Below, one piece after another: positions 1 to 9,489 of a stretch of 32,000 nucleotides of DNA (the stretch's first letter is position 1; every line of letters starts with the position of its first letter). The notes under the pieces are model-generated. The model had not been told where the DNA came from, ran no database searches, and saw only the letters and a program-made list of their open reading frames with translations. Both the position numbers and the translations under genes were made by a program. The stretch lies in the NCBI RefSeq assembly GCF_013177435.1, contig NZ_CP053627.1:420001-452000 (forward strand), written 5' to 3'. This DNA comes from Xylella taiwanensis. GTDB taxonomy: Bacteria > Pseudomonadota > Gammaproteobacteria > Xanthomonadales > Xanthomonadaceae.

Positions 1-1048
1 GCACCAGTTCCAGTGCTGCAACCAGTGCGTACTGGACCAGTGGCAGGCCGGAGGGGGCCTGGGCGTATGGCTGCTGTTTTTCTTCCAAGGTGTGTGGTGC
101 GTGGTCGGTGGCGAGCACGTCGATCACGTCTTCTGCCAGAGCGGTGATCAGTGCTTCGCGGTCGCTGGCTTCCTTGATGGCTGGGTTGCACTTGATCAGG
201 TTGCCAAGGCGTGCATAGTCCATGCGGTCAAAATGCAGGAAATGGATGCAGGTTTCAGCGGTGATGTGCTTGCATCGCTTGCCGGCCGCATTGACCAGCG
301 GACCACTTTCGAACAGGCGTAGCTCATCGGCGGTAGAAATATGTAGTACGTGCAGCCGGGTGCCGTTCTTCTTTGCCAGTGACACCGCTAACTGTGAGGA
401 TTTCAAGCAGGCTTCGCGCGAGCGGATGTCTGGGTGTTGCTTGGCACTCAGTGTATCGCCGTAGCGGGACTGATACTCGGCCAGTGTTGCGTTGATGGTA
501 GGTGTGTCCTCACAGTGGGTGATGATTGGGGTTGGTGCGTTGCGGAAAATCGCTTCCAGCGTGGCCTCATTGTCCACCAGCATGTTGCCTGTGGAGGCAC
601 CCATGAACACTTTAATGCCTGGACTGGTTTTTGGGTCCAGTGTATGGATTGCGTCAAGGTTATCGTTGCTAGCGCCGAGGTAGAAACCATAGTTGCCCCA
701 GGCACGGCCGCTTGCAGCGTCGTACTTGGCTTGCAATGCGGCAGCGTCCAATGTCGGCGGGTTGGTATTGGGCATGTCCATGAAGCTGGTCAGTCCCCCT
801 GCAACTGCAGCGGCTGATTCACTGGCAATATTGCCCTTGTGGGTCAGCCCCGGTTCGCGAAAATGCACTTGATCGTCGATCATGCCTGGCAGCAAACGGC
901 GCCCGGCTGCGTCAACGACGATTTCACCCTTATGTGCTGATAGCCCTGTGCCGATTTGGGCGATACGCCCATTCTCGATTCTCAGATCGCTGTCGAATTC
1001 ACGGCCTTCATTGATCAGGCGAGCGTTAACGATCAAGGTGGGAGTCAT
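1..1048 (-). CDS. pyrC: Dihydroorotase-family amidohydrolase (5' ~349 codons; the 3' end lies beyond the left window edge)
   Basis: Absent from the ORF track because no stop codon falls inside the window. My reverse-strand translation from ATG 1048-1046 reads [96 protein letters not shown]. This is the class-I dihydroorotase layout. The start overlaps the yidD stop (tcat at 1045-1048). Confidence 0.8.
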   Translation of the reverse strand, partial: MTPTLIVNARLINEGREFDSDLRIENGRIAQIGTGLSAHKGEIVVDAAGRRLLPGMIDDQVHFREPGLTHKGNIASESAAAVAGGLTSFMDMPNTNPPTLDAAALQAKYDAASGRAWGNYGFYLGASNDNLDAIHTLDPKTSPGIKVFMGASTGNMLVDNEATLEAIFRNAPTPIITHCEDTPTINATLAEYQSRYGDTLSAKQHPDIRSREACLKSSQLAVSLAKKNGTRLHVLHISTADELRLFESGPLVNAAGKRCKHITAETCIHFLHFDRMDYARLGNLIKCNPAIKEASDREALITALAEDVIDVLATDHAPHTLEEKQQPYAQAPSGLPLVQYALVAALELV

Positions 1049-1308
1049 TGGTGGTGTCCTGTACAGCGATAAGAAGACGGATTGACCTGCGTGCTGTCGT
1101 TGTCGGGTACCGGGTCGTAGCCACCCGGTTGCAACGGATGACAGCGTACTAGCCGGCGTGCCGCCAGCCAAATGCCGCCCAGTGTGCCGAAGCGGGCAAT
1201 GGCACCCATCGCGTATTCAGAACAGCTTGGTTCGAAACGGCAGTGCGGCCCTAAGAACGGACTGATGAGGCGCTTGTAAATCTTTAGCAGGACGATGAGT
1301 GGGTGCAT
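1045..1308 (-). CDS. yidD: Membrane protein insertion efficiency factor YidD
   Basis: ORF track 87 aa. It carries the conserved YidD core: [23 protein letters not shown]...[14 protein letters not shown]. Confidence 0.85.
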   Translation of the reverse strand: MHPLIVLLKIYKRLISPFLGPHCRFEPSCSEYAMGAIARFGTLGGIWLAARRLVRCHPLQPGGYDPVPDNDSTQVNPSSYRCTGHHQ

Positions 1309-1415
1309 TGTGACTTCTAAATGTTATTGGATGAATGCGCGGTTGCTTGGTTAGGTCCAGGTAGGCTATAAAGACCGGCTTTCCCAGGTCCAGGGGAATC
1401 AAGGAAGCGTGTTTC

Positions 1416-2354
1416 GTGGCTGCTAAAAAAACTGCAAAGAAGATTGTTTCGGTCGTCCCTCAAACTGCCAAGCCCATTGGCAAGAAAACGGCGCTTGTTC
1501 CTAGTGACAAGAAACTGCTTGCCAAGAACGCGCCTCTGTCTGCCAGGAAACACCCCGCCAGCAAGAACGCCTCTGTGAATAAGACTGTTGCTAATAAAGA
1601 TGCCCCGGTCAAGCCTGTGTCCGCGAATTCTGCGGATACGATCGCTAAGCCTGCTCTGAAGTCAGCAAGTAAACCCGTTACTGTGGCGTCTGTGCCGATC
1701 GGCGATCATGGGTCTCTTCCGGTCGTAGCAATTGCGGTTAAATCTAAGTCTGCGCCTGCTAAGAATGCTGCGCTTATTTCGAAATCCGCAGCGAAGACTC
1801 CTGCCAAGTTTGATTCTTCTGCCACACTGAGTCCGTCACGTCCTGTAGGTAAGGTGGCTGTGGCAGTGAGTGGTGAAACCATGCCTCGTATGCCTAAGAC
1901 TAAATATAAGGTCGTTAAATACGATGTTGATGAGGCGACGGGCCGCCCGGTGTTGCCGTTGGGTTATAAGCCCTCGTCAGAAGAGGAGTATATGAACCCG
2001 CTGCATCGGGAGTATTTCCGCCAGCGTTTAGAGCAATGGCGTAAGGATCTTGTCGAAGAATCTAAACAGACCATCGAAAACCTGCGTGAGGAGGTACGTG
2101 ATATTGGCGATGAAGCTGAGCGTGCAACCCGTGAAACTGAGAATTCTCTGGAGCTCCGCACCCGTGACCGTTACCGTAAGCTGATCGCTAAGATCGATAG
2201 CACGCTCAATCGCTTGGAAATTAACGATTACGGCTACTGTGTAGATACCGGCGAGGAGATCGGTTTGGAGCGGCTTGATGCGCGCCTTACGGCTGAGCGT
2301 ACGATCGATGCGCAAGAGCGTTGGGAACATATGCAAAAGCAGCAGGGCGATTGA
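1416..2354 (+). CDS. dksA: RNA polymerase-binding regulator DksA, long form with a ~165-aa Lys/Ala/Pro-rich N-terminal extension
   Basis: The C-terminal ~145 aa follow the DksA pattern: EEEYMNPLHREYFRQRLEQWRKDL, coiled-coil tip DxxDxA as DIGDEA, SLELRTRDRYRKLI, DYGYC. The GTG start at 1416 has AAGGAAG 8 nt upstream. The N-terminal part (MAAKKTAKK...SKSAPAKNAALISKSAAKTPAK) is low complexity. Confidence 0.85.
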   Translation: MAAKKTAKKIVSVVPQTAKPIGKKTALVPSDKKLLAKNAPLSARKHPASKNASVNKTVANKDAPVKPVSANSADTIAKPALKSASKPVTVASVPIGDHGSLPVVAIAVKSKSAPAKNAALISKSAAKTPAKFDSSATLSPSRPVGKVAVAVSGETMPRMPKTKYKVVKYDVDEATGRPVLPLGYKPSSEEEYMNPLHREYFRQRLEQWRKDLVEESKQTIENLREEVRDIGDEAERATRETENSLELRTRDRYRKLIAKIDSTLNRLEINDYGYCVDTGEEIGLERLDARLTAERTIDAQERWEHMQKQQGD

Positions 2355-2536
2355 ACGCGGGTTGTTTTTCCGGTGTCTGTTTGTTGAGTGTTATTACACA
2401 TTAATTGTTGTTGGTTGATACGCAATTGCCAAGCACGCTTGTCAATGAGCGTTCCCTTGTCGCTGCAGTTCTTCCGGAATGCTGGTTCTCTTCTCGTAAC
2501 ATATCCGCATTGTTGTTCCAAGGAGGGTGGTGCGTT

Positions 2537-3583
2537 GTGACTCAGTCGAGCAGACGTCGATGGCCCTGGTTATTGGGGATACTGGTTGTCCTGGGGGTGA
2601 TGTTCGTACTAGGCCCGCGTACTTCTACCATGCTGCCGCCGATTGTGCCGGTGAGTGTGCCGGATCATCCCAACACTCTGATCCAGTGGTTGGCGCAACG
2701 TGAGGGTGCCGCAGGTCATCTGCGCCCGGACACAAAGGCACGCATTATCTGGGCTGATCCGTTGCATCCGGCACGTGCTGGTTGTGCGATGGTCTATCTG
2801 CATGGCTTCACTGCAAGTCAGGGTGAAGGTGCTCCCGCCCATGTTCGGTTGGCCCGTGCATTTGGCTGTAATTTGTATTTGCCCCGGTTGCCTGGACATG
2901 GTCTACAGCCGATCGATGCGTTGCGTGGCGTTGATGCCGTACAGTTGCGTCAGGCTGCGGCTGAAGCGCTCGCGGTAGCGCGTGTGCTGGGCGAGCGCGT
3001 GGTGGTGATTGGTACCTCCATGGGGGGCGCCCTGGCTACCCAAGCTGTGGCCGCTGATCCACGCCAAGTTCAGGCGTTGGTGTTGTGGTCGCCGCTCGTG
3101 CGTGAGCGTGACGAACAGTTGCGTGTATTGGGATGGCCTTGGGGGAGCCAATTACTGGTCTGGGTCAAAAACAGTGGTGATCCGGTGATGCGCTGGCCTG
3201 TTAAAAGCGCGTACTGGGCGAGTGGGGCGCATCTGGATGGATATCGTGCGTTGTACACACTGAGTCGAGGGGGGATGCATCCGTCAGTGTATGCTCAGGT
3301 ACGAGTACCAGTGTTTGTTGGTTATTACTACCGCGATGCGCAGCATCAGGATTCGGTGATCTCGGTCGAGGCGCTGCGTACGATGTTTACCCAATTTGGG
3401 ACGCCGCTAAAGCAGCGCCAGCTACTGGTGTTTCCGGAGGCCGATGACCATGTGATCGCCTCGCCATTGCGTTCCCGTGCCGCTTCCCAGGTGTTCACGG
3501 CAACCTGTCGCTTCATAGCCATTCAAGGCGGTCTGCACTTAGTGCCCACCATGCCGGACTGTGATCGTGCTTGGGCGGACTAG
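2537..3583 (+). CDS. Alpha/beta-fold hydrolase with an N-terminal membrane anchor or signal sequence
   Basis: ORF track 2405..3583. I prefer the GTG at 2537, which sits 9 nt after AGGAGGG (2521-2527). This gives VTQSSRRRWPWLLGILVVLGVMFVLG, a hydrophobic N-terminus. It has an HG oxyanion motif (YLHGFTAS), a nucleophile elbow GTSMGG and a distal DDH. Confidence 0.8.
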   Translation: MTQSSRRRWPWLLGILVVLGVMFVLGPRTSTMLPPIVPVSVPDHPNTLIQWLAQREGAAGHLRPDTKARIIWADPLHPARAGCAMVYLHGFTASQGEGAPAHVRLARAFGCNLYLPRLPGHGLQPIDALRGVDAVQLRQAAAEALAVARVLGERVVVIGTSMGGALATQAVAADPRQVQALVLWSPLVRERDEQLRVLGWPWGSQLLVWVKNSGDPVMRWPVKSAYWASGAHLDGYRALYTLSRGGMHPSVYAQVRVPVFVGYYYRDAQHQDSVISVEALRTMFTQFGTPLKQRQLLVFPEADDHVIASPLRSRAASQVFTATCRFIAIQGGLHLVPTMPDCDRAWAD

Positions 3584-3599
3584 CACTGGGTGTGTGTAG

Positions 3600-4330
3600 G
3601 AACCGCTGCTCTCTTGTGATGGCGGAAGCCAGTGTTTCAAAAAGCCAGAAGGCGCAACAAATGGCAAAGTACACACTCGATGTCATGGTTAAATTTTAGT
3701 ATTTCCTGAGTTGCCTGGTGATCGAGATCATAGACTGTTTAATTAAGGGACATCATCTCCTGGAGCGCGCGCTGCAATAAGCACGTGCAACGGGCGATGC
3801 GGTGGCCCGACCTGCTTGAGCAACAGCTACTTACGACCTTGCGGCACATCGTGTACTTATCCGGGTGATAGAGAGCATGTGATGGGCGCGCGTACCTCCG
3901 TTGCGAGCAAGTGATTTTTTTCTTGATGTTCCACCCACTAAGAAATGTTCCGATCGTGGACCGACCGTTTTTTGAGGCGCGTCGGTGCCGTCCGGATGCA
4001 TCTTCACGCTGATGCTGTCTAGCGACACAACCTGGAGCTCGATCTGCACGATGGGTGCTTGCTGGAGTGGCTCGAAAGCTTGATCCAGCAGCCCCGTTTC
4101 GCCCATTGGTTTGTATGCGTGTAGATCGGTGCTAGTGACCGAAGCGCTTGGGCAGGTGATGCCATTGGCAGCCGTACTCAGTGAGATACACGATGGCGTT
4201 GAGTACTTGCAGATGCTTTGGACTGACGTTGCGGTGTTGCCTCGGCAGACAATGTTCGACCATGCACACATGGGGTTGCACTGATTTCCATGCGTTCACT
4301 GCCGCATGGAAATCATCTCAACACTATTAG
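3600..4330 (-). pseudogene. IS5-family (DDE_Tnp_1-type) transposase remnant with many frameshifts and stops
   Basis: Reverse-strand fragments in three frames match the usual IS5-group order. They read LPRQHRNVSPKHLQVLNAIVYLTEYGCQWHHLPKRFGH, then AFEPLQQAPIVQIELQVVSLDSISVKMHPDGTDAPQKTVGPRS, then SGWNIKKKI and ITCSLSPG. The last pieces are VHDVPQGRK.LL and a C-terminal hydrophobic tail near 3640-3700. The 146-aa ORF 3831..4271 is a chimera of these pieces. Boundaries are approximate. Confidence 0.6.
4283..4314. other. Perfect 12-bp inverted repeat (gatttccatgcg / cgcatggaaatc) with an 8-nt loop
   Basis: Read directly: arms at 4283-4294 and 4303-4314. It lies at the 5' end of the IS5 remnant. 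There is no flanking T-run, so I do not call it a terminator. Confidence 0.5.
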
Positions 4331-4416
4331 TGTTCACAGATCCCACTCCAAGAGAGGCTCAAGTCATGTCTTCGATTCCTGACATTTGACACCGATCAAC
4401 ATGCCATTATCTCGAC

Positions 4417-4815
4417 TTGACCATCACAGCTAAAAGCAGCGGGCTTAGTGTCCTGAAGTCAGACGACGGTATCACTGCCATTCCTGTATCGCAGCGCTTT
4501 ATCGTGGTATCCCAAAACAACGTGCCCTATGAAGCGGGTGCGGTGACGCTCATCCATCCTTGGGAAGGTATAGCGCTAGCTTTCAACCCCGTTTTACCCT
4601 GTTACCGTGATGTAAACATAAAAGGCTGCGTCTCGGTGCTGGTTATGGTGATGGGATCGGGCAGTGCCTACAGCAGCACCACGACGAGTGCGATGCATGC
4701 GTATGCGACCCACTTGATGTACACGCGGCAAATGATCGCCATCACTGGGGTGACCTCCTATATTGCACCGCGCGGCGAAGTGATGAGCACGGACACAATT
4801 GAGACGATTCTGTAA
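4417..4815 (+). CDS. Hypothetical ORF (TTG start), doubtful
   Basis: ORF track 132 aa with no recognisable motif. It is overlapped by an antisense 122-aa ORF (4594..4962). It lies in unassigned sequence beside the IS remnant. Confidence 0.15.
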   Translation: MTITAKSSGLSVLKSDDGITAIPVSQRFIVVSQNNVPYEAGAVTLIHPWEGIALAFNPVLPCYRDVNIKGCVSVLVMVMGSGSAYSSTTTSAMHAYATHLMYTRQMIAITGVTSYIAPRGEVMSTDTIETIL

Positions 4816-5112
4816 TCGATGCTTGTCAAGCCATGCGTCAAGATCGTCATCATGGCGGTCTTGACGCTTACGGTGCACGGCTAAGCCAACGCGGTCATGG
4901 ATGTGGGACACCGGCTTGTCGAACGCGATGAACATCACAGACCGCCCTCTGTCCGTGCACATCTATCAGGTACTCGATGTGTTCTTGGGCAAAGGGCTGG
5001 AGATTAGGTGGCGTGCTTACAGAAAGCCGACGTGGCCGAATAGAACCTCAGCACGCTGCTTGGATGCGCCATTCCCAGCCTGATGGCGGCTACGATGATG
5101 GCGCATTGGCTG

Positions 5113-6357
5113 TTACAGGTCACGCAGGTCCAACCGGCGTAGCCGCGGTGCCTTCAGTGCGGTGATGCTCACCACCACTAAAGTCATACAGCCACCCAGA
5201 ATCACGGCGTGGACCAGACCAATAAAACGTGCCATAACGCCGTCATAGAATGCGCCCAGTTCATTAGACGAACCAATGAAGATGCTATTGATCGCTGAGA
5301 CCCGTCCACGCATCTCGTCCGGTGTCACCAATTGCAGAATGGCTGCGCGCAAGACGACTGAGACCCCATCGCAGGCTCCATAAACCAGAAGGATGGCCGC
5401 TGACAGCCAAAAGTGTTGGGACAGGCCGAACGCGATCGTACACACCCCGAATCCGGCGACTGCCAGCAGGAGTGCGCGTCCTGCGTGACGCTGCAGCGGG
5501 TACCGTGCCAGCCATAGCCCGGCCAGTACCGAACCCAGTGCCGGCGTGCCGCGCAGAATGCCTAGACCTTCTGGGCCATAGTGAAAGATATCTTGGATAA
5601 ATGCTGGCAGCATCGATACTGCGCCACCCAAGAGTACGGAAAACATGTCCAGCGCCATCGCTCCAAGCATGATCTGATTGGAGAATACAAAGCGTGCTCC
5701 CTCGGCGATGCTGCGCAATACGGGGGCACGTGGTTTGTCGACGGTGGGTTCCTCGATCCGCAGGAGTGCCAGTGCGAGCAGCGCGACAGCTGCCGCTGCC
5801 ACCGCGGTAGCATACGCAAGCCCTTTGCCGCCGCAGGCGATCAGGATGCCCGCCAGCACGGGGCTGAGTACTAAGCTGGTCTGAAACACCACCGTGCCAA
5901 GTCCAGCGCCACGTGCATAGTCTTCGCGTCGTAGCACACGTGCGAAGAGCGCGTTGTACACCGGTACTAGAAAGGAGCGCACCATGCCACTGAGGCTGGC
6001 CGCAACGTAGATGGGCCAAGTACTGTGCACCGACGCCATGTCTAAAGCGGTTATCAATAGAATCGCTGGAGTGATCGTCAGGCCGACACTGGCGATCATT
6101 CCGAGCCGGCGTTGCGGCAGATGGTCGACCAGATAACCGGCGAATGGAGCGATGCAGAAAAACGGCAAGATCTCAGCCAGAGCGACCAGACCCAGTAGGA
6201 ACGGGTTATGGGTAATCTCGTAGATGTGCCAGCCGATCGTCACGGAGACAATCTGGTAGGACAGCGTTGCTGCGATGCGATATGCCAGCACGTAGGCGAA
6301 ACCAGTGCGGTATAGCAGGGTGCGTAATGTTGGGGTGGATGATGGTGAGGTGCTCAT
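5113..6357 (-). CDS. MFS transporter (12-TM type)
   Basis: ORF track 414 aa, with hydrophobic helices throughout. The loop motif after TM2 reads FAGYLVDHLPQRRLG. The start overlaps the sufE stop (ATGA, 6354-6357). Confidence 0.88.
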   Translation of the reverse strand: MSTSPSSTPTLRTLLYRTGFAYVLAYRIAATLSYQIVSVTIGWHIYEITHNPFLLGLVALAEILPFFCIAPFAGYLVDHLPQRRLGMIASVGLTITPAILLITALDMASVHSTWPIYVAASLSGMVRSFLVPVYNALFARVLRREDYARGAGLGTVVFQTSLVLSPVLAGILIACGGKGLAYATAVAAAAVALLALALLRIEEPTVDKPRAPVLRSIAEGARFVFSNQIMLGAMALDMFSVLLGGAVSMLPAFIQDIFHYGPEGLGILRGTPALGSVLAGLWLARYPLQRHAGRALLLAVAGFGVCTIAFGLSQHFWLSAAILLVYGACDGVSVVLRAAILQLVTPDEMRGRVSAINSIFIGSSNELGAFYDGVMARFIGLVHAVILGGCMTLVVVSITALKAPRLRRLDLRDL

Positions 6358-6794
6358 GCGGTGAGTGCTTGTGCTGTGTTGCGAATAAAGTCGAGCATGG
6401 CGGCTACACCGTTGTTGCGTGTTGGCGACAGGTGCTTGGCTAGGTCGATGTTGGTGATGTAATTGGAGGGGGTTCCCAGGATCTCGGCGGCACTACGTCC
6501 GGAATACACGCGCAGTGCCAGATAGATCAGGCCGGAGACAATAGCCGAGTCGCTGGTCCCATAGAAGTTGAGATGTTCACTATTGCCTTCAGGCACGATC
6601 CACACCATTGACTGGCAGCCGTGCAGACGGTGTTCCTCCGTCTTCCAGATCTCGGGGAACAGCGGGAGCTTGCGTCCGAGGTCGATCAGATATTGATAGC
6701 GTTCGGACCAATCCCCAAAGCAAGAAAACTCCTCGACAATGGCTGCTTGGGCAGCGGTGGCAGTGGATTCCAGTGGAAATGGATGATCGATCAT
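6354..6794 (-). CDS. sufE: SufE-family cysteine desulfuration (sulfur acceptor) protein
   Basis: ORF track 146 aa. The SufE pattern is present: FGDWSERYQYLIDLG...HRLHGCQSMVWI (active-site Cys)...DSAIVSGL. Confidence 0.88.
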   Translation of the reverse strand: MIDHPFPLESTATAAQAAIVEEFSCFGDWSERYQYLIDLGRKLPLFPEIWKTEEHRLHGCQSMVWIVPEGNSEHLNFYGTSDSAIVSGLIYLALRVYSGRSAAEILGTPSNYITNIDLAKHLSPTRNNGVAAMLDFIRNTAQALTA

Positions 6795-7012
6795 GGTCTT
6801 GATCAGTGCGGCTCCGCGTACGGTGACGATAGGGTGAGATGGCGGTATGCCCGTTGCTCCGAGTCATGATGCGCAGGCTCGATCTTGCAGCGAGACAGCG
6901 TCGGCGATGATTCCCGCAGGATCAGCAGGCGCTAAAACGAGGGGATGAAACAAGCCATAAAACGCACTTGCTGATGCATCAAGTGATTGCCGCATGTGTT
7001 TGGATGAATCCT

Positions 7013-8413
7013 TTATGGGTACTGCTTAATCCAGCGTACTCCCTGCGGAGTGTCCTCAAGGACGATACCTGCCGCGGCGAGTTGTGCGCGGATCGCGTCG
7101 GCACGGACAAAATCCCGAGCCTGCTTGGCGGTACGGCGTGCCTCGATCAGGGCTTGGATATGCGTTTCGTCGCTGTCGCTGGTGCCTTGGCTGAACCAAG
7201 CGTCTGGCGTTTGCTGAAGCAGACCAAGCACGAGTCCGGCACCGAGCAGCTCGGCTTTCAGCCGTGCAAGTGACGTAGCCTCGGCTGATGCGTGATTTTT
7301 TGTGTCAGCGAGCCGGATGCGTGCCTCGTTTGCCAGTGTGGCCAGCTCGGCTAATGCCTGTGGCGTGTTCAGATCGTCATCCAAGGCTGCTTCGACGTTT
7401 GCCGGGATGGTGGGGTGCGCCGGATAGGCAGCCAAGTCGCGTAGCGTCCCATAAAGCCGATTCAGCGTGCGTACCGACTGTGTGATGAGTGTTTCAGACC
7501 AGTCCAGCGGTTTGCGATAGTGTGCCGACAACAGTGCGTAACGCAGTGCTTCGGGCGGATGCTTGGTGGTCAGTGCGTGCACGGTTTCGATGTTGCCTAG
7601 CGATTTGCTCATTTTGGCACCGTTGAAATTGAGCATCCCGTTGTGCATCCAGACCCGTGCGAAGGTGGTGCTGCCGTGTGCGCAGCGACTTTGTGCGATT
7701 TCGTTTTCGTGGTGCGGAAATTGCAGATCGATCCCGCCGGCGTGGATATCGATGGTCTCACCCAAATGTGCTGCGGCCATTGCTGAGCACTCAATATGCC
7801 AGCCCGGGCGGCCGCGCCCCCAGGGCGAGTCCCAACCTGGTAGCGTCTCGTTGGAAGGTTTCCATAGCACGAAATCACTTGGGTCGCGTTTGTAGGGAGC
7901 GATCTCGACCCGTGCGCCAGCCAGCATCTCTTCCGGATCCCGGCGTGAGAGCTGCCCATAATCTGGAAAGCTGTTGACCGCGAACAGCACGTGCCCCGCG
8001 GCGGCATAGGCGTGCTGGCGTTCGATCAGCCGTTCGATCATGGCGATGATATGTGGGATGTGCGCGGTGGCTTCCGGCTCAATGTCGGGCGGCTCCACGC
8101 CGAGTTTTCTCATATCCCTGCGGTAAGCAGCGGAGAAGCGTTCAGTGATGGCCGAAATAGGAAGGCCCTGTTCCTGCGCAGCGGCGTTGATCTTGTCATC
8201 CACGTCGGTGATATTGCGTGCGTAGCGCAGTGCGCCATAACGTCGTCGCAGTAGCGCTGCCAACACCCCAAACACCACTGGACCGCGGGCGTTGCCGATA
8301 TGCACATAGTTGTAGACGGTGGGGCCGCATACATACATAGTGGGGCATGCCGGGTCGAGCGGTTGGAACGGCTCGACTCTCCGATGAAGGGTGTTGTAAA
8401 GGTGCAGACTCAT
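7013..8413 (-). CDS. cysS: Cysteine--tRNA ligase
   Basis: ORF track 7013..8434. I prefer the ATG at 8413 ([16 protein letters not shown], the typical CysS N-terminus). HIGH motif as HIGNARG; KMSKS motif as [10 protein letters not shown]. Confidence 0.95.
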   Translation of the reverse strand: MSLHLYNTLHRRVEPFQPLDPACPTMYVCGPTVYNYVHIGNARGPVVFGVLAALLRRRYGALRYARNITDVDDKINAAAQEQGLPISAITERFSAAYRRDMRKLGVEPPDIEPEATAHIPHIIAMIERLIERQHAYAAAGHVLFAVNSFPDYGQLSRRDPEEMLAGARVEIAPYKRDPSDFVLWKPSNETLPGWDSPWGRGRPGWHIECSAMAAAHLGETIDIHAGGIDLQFPHHENEIAQSRCAHGSTTFARVWMHNGMLNFNGAKMSKSLGNIETVHALTTKHPPEALRYALLSAHYRKPLDWSETLITQSVRTLNRLYGTLRDLAAYPAHPTIPANVEAALDDDLNTPQALAELATLANEARIRLADTKNHASAEATSLARLKAELLGAGLVLGLLQQTPDAWFSQGTSDSDETHIQALIEARRTAKQARDFVRADAIRAQLAAAGIVLEDTPQGVRWIKQYP

Positions 8414-8569
8414 CACGGACCATCGCAGGAGCAATGTCGGATTCTAGCGCTTGAGATCGTGCATTGCGGCGTTCGCTGATACTTTGGGCTGCGATTGACT
8501 GCCAGATAGGTTTTGTTCAGCCCCATAGCAGCCCCGGTCTTACACTACGTTCCGTTAGTACACGCTTGA

Positions 8570-9112
8570 ATGGGATTGATGCGCTTTCCATTGTTATTTT
8601 TCACCTGCTGCGTGTTGGCGTGTGTTGTGATGCCTTCGTGGGCCGTGCATCCCCGGAAGACTGATCTGAAGAATCTAGGTATCGTCGGGAACGTAAAGTT
8701 TGATTACGCCCGGGTGCTGAAGGTTGAACCGGTCTATCAGACGTGGCATGCCAGCCATGTTGAAGAGCAGTGCGATTCATCGTCGCTGGCTGAGTTTTCT
8801 CCCGATTTAGTCTCGGGGCCTGAAAGTCATAGAAAGATTTCGCGGATCATGGAGTTGGTAAAAGATCTGTTTGGTCATCACCGCACGCACGCATTGCAAG
8901 CGCCACCAACGGCTCCAACTAATACCCAGCGCAATTGCCGTATCGTCGAGGTGCCGCGCGAATTTCGCCGTCCGATTGCCTATGATGTTGATTACATTTA
9001 TAAGGGCACGAAGTATCGCTCACGCCTTCCTGAAGATCCTGGGAATCTGTTACCTGTGCGAGTGCTGGTGACGCCTTACCTCAATGAACACAACTTCCCG
9101 CCGCCACGTTGA
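8570..9112 (+). CDS. Secreted hypothetical protein
   Basis: ORF track 180 aa. The N-terminus MGLMRFPLLFFTCCVLACVVMPSWA-VH looks like a signal peptide. An alternative ATG lies at 8579. I recognise no family. Confidence 0.6.
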   Translation: MGLMRFPLLFFTCCVLACVVMPSWAVHPRKTDLKNLGIVGNVKFDYARVLKVEPVYQTWHASHVEEQCDSSSLAEFSPDLVSGPESHRKISRIMELVKDLFGHHRTHALQAPPTAPTNTQRNCRIVEVPREFRRPIAYDVDYIYKGTKYRSRLPEDPGNLLPVRVLVTPYLNEHNFPPPR

Positions 9113-9352
9113 AAGCAAAGCGATATTTTTCAATGCGGGGTGCGATGCAGCGACAGCTCTGGGCTTACCGATGAACGGTACCTTGTTGGAGTTGCGCTGG
9201 TACCCCATGCATGGGAGGATGCGCACCCCTACAAATAAACCTTGATATGACACCAGCAGTGCTTGTTTGGCTTCCAGTTTGACCTTGCGTCTGCATCGGC
9301 TGGAATTCAGGGTTCTTAATGGGTAATTTGTGGAGTGTTTTGTCATCCGTTC

Positions 9353-9388
9353 AAAAAAACCCAGCCCGATGCTGGGTTTTTTCATTTT
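9353..9388 (+). terminator. Rho-independent terminator hairpin, bidirectional in appearance
   Basis: aaaaaaacccagc-ccgat-gctgggtttttt: GC stem at 9359-9365 / 9371-9377, with an A-run before and a T-run after. Confidence 0.7.
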
Positions 9389-9460
9389 GGTGTTGCTACG
9401 GGTTCAATGATTAAAAATACTGCACATTCTGCGTACCTTGGTTGTTTCGCGGCGGCTCTT

Positions 9461-9480
9461 CATTGCAAATCATTGCAAAG
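9461..9480 (+). promoter_or_regulatory. Tandem 10-nt repeat cattgcaaat/cattgcaaag (two palindromic TTGCAA hexamers one helical turn apart), just upstream of the argF' start
   Basis: Read directly at 9461-9470 and 9471-9480. The second copy runs into the AAGGA Shine-Dalgarno sequence. Its function is unknown. Confidence 0.25.
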
Positions 9481-9489
9481 GATCGATTG

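Noticed and set aside
860-890. Dihydroorotase metal-binding motif reads DDQVHF instead of the classical D-x-H-x-H, raising the idea of an inactive PyrC'-like protein
   Set aside because: I believe this variant occurs in a whole subgroup of dihydroorotase-family proteins, no pyrB is adjacent, and the gene is truncated by the window. That is too little evidence to claim loss of activity.
2405-2536. Upstream TTG/ATG extension of the hydrolase ORF
   Set aside because: The extension has no Shine-Dalgarno sequence and encodes non-hydrophobic filler. The GTG at 2537 has a strong AGGAGGG and yields a proper membrane-anchor N-terminus.
3831-4271. 146-aa ORF as an intact gene
   Set aside because: It is a fusion of out-of-register IS5 transposase fragments. 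Only the central part (LDSISVKMHPDGT) is in the ancestral frame.
5285-6019. 244-aa ORF in an alternative frame of the MFS transporter gene
   Set aside because: It is an Arg/Gly-rich out-of-frame product of a GC-rich membrane-protein gene.
9050-9385. 111-aa minus-strand ORF
   Set aside because: Its start codon lies inside the terminator hairpin, it overlaps the 3' end of the 8570..9112 gene, and it has no supporting signal.
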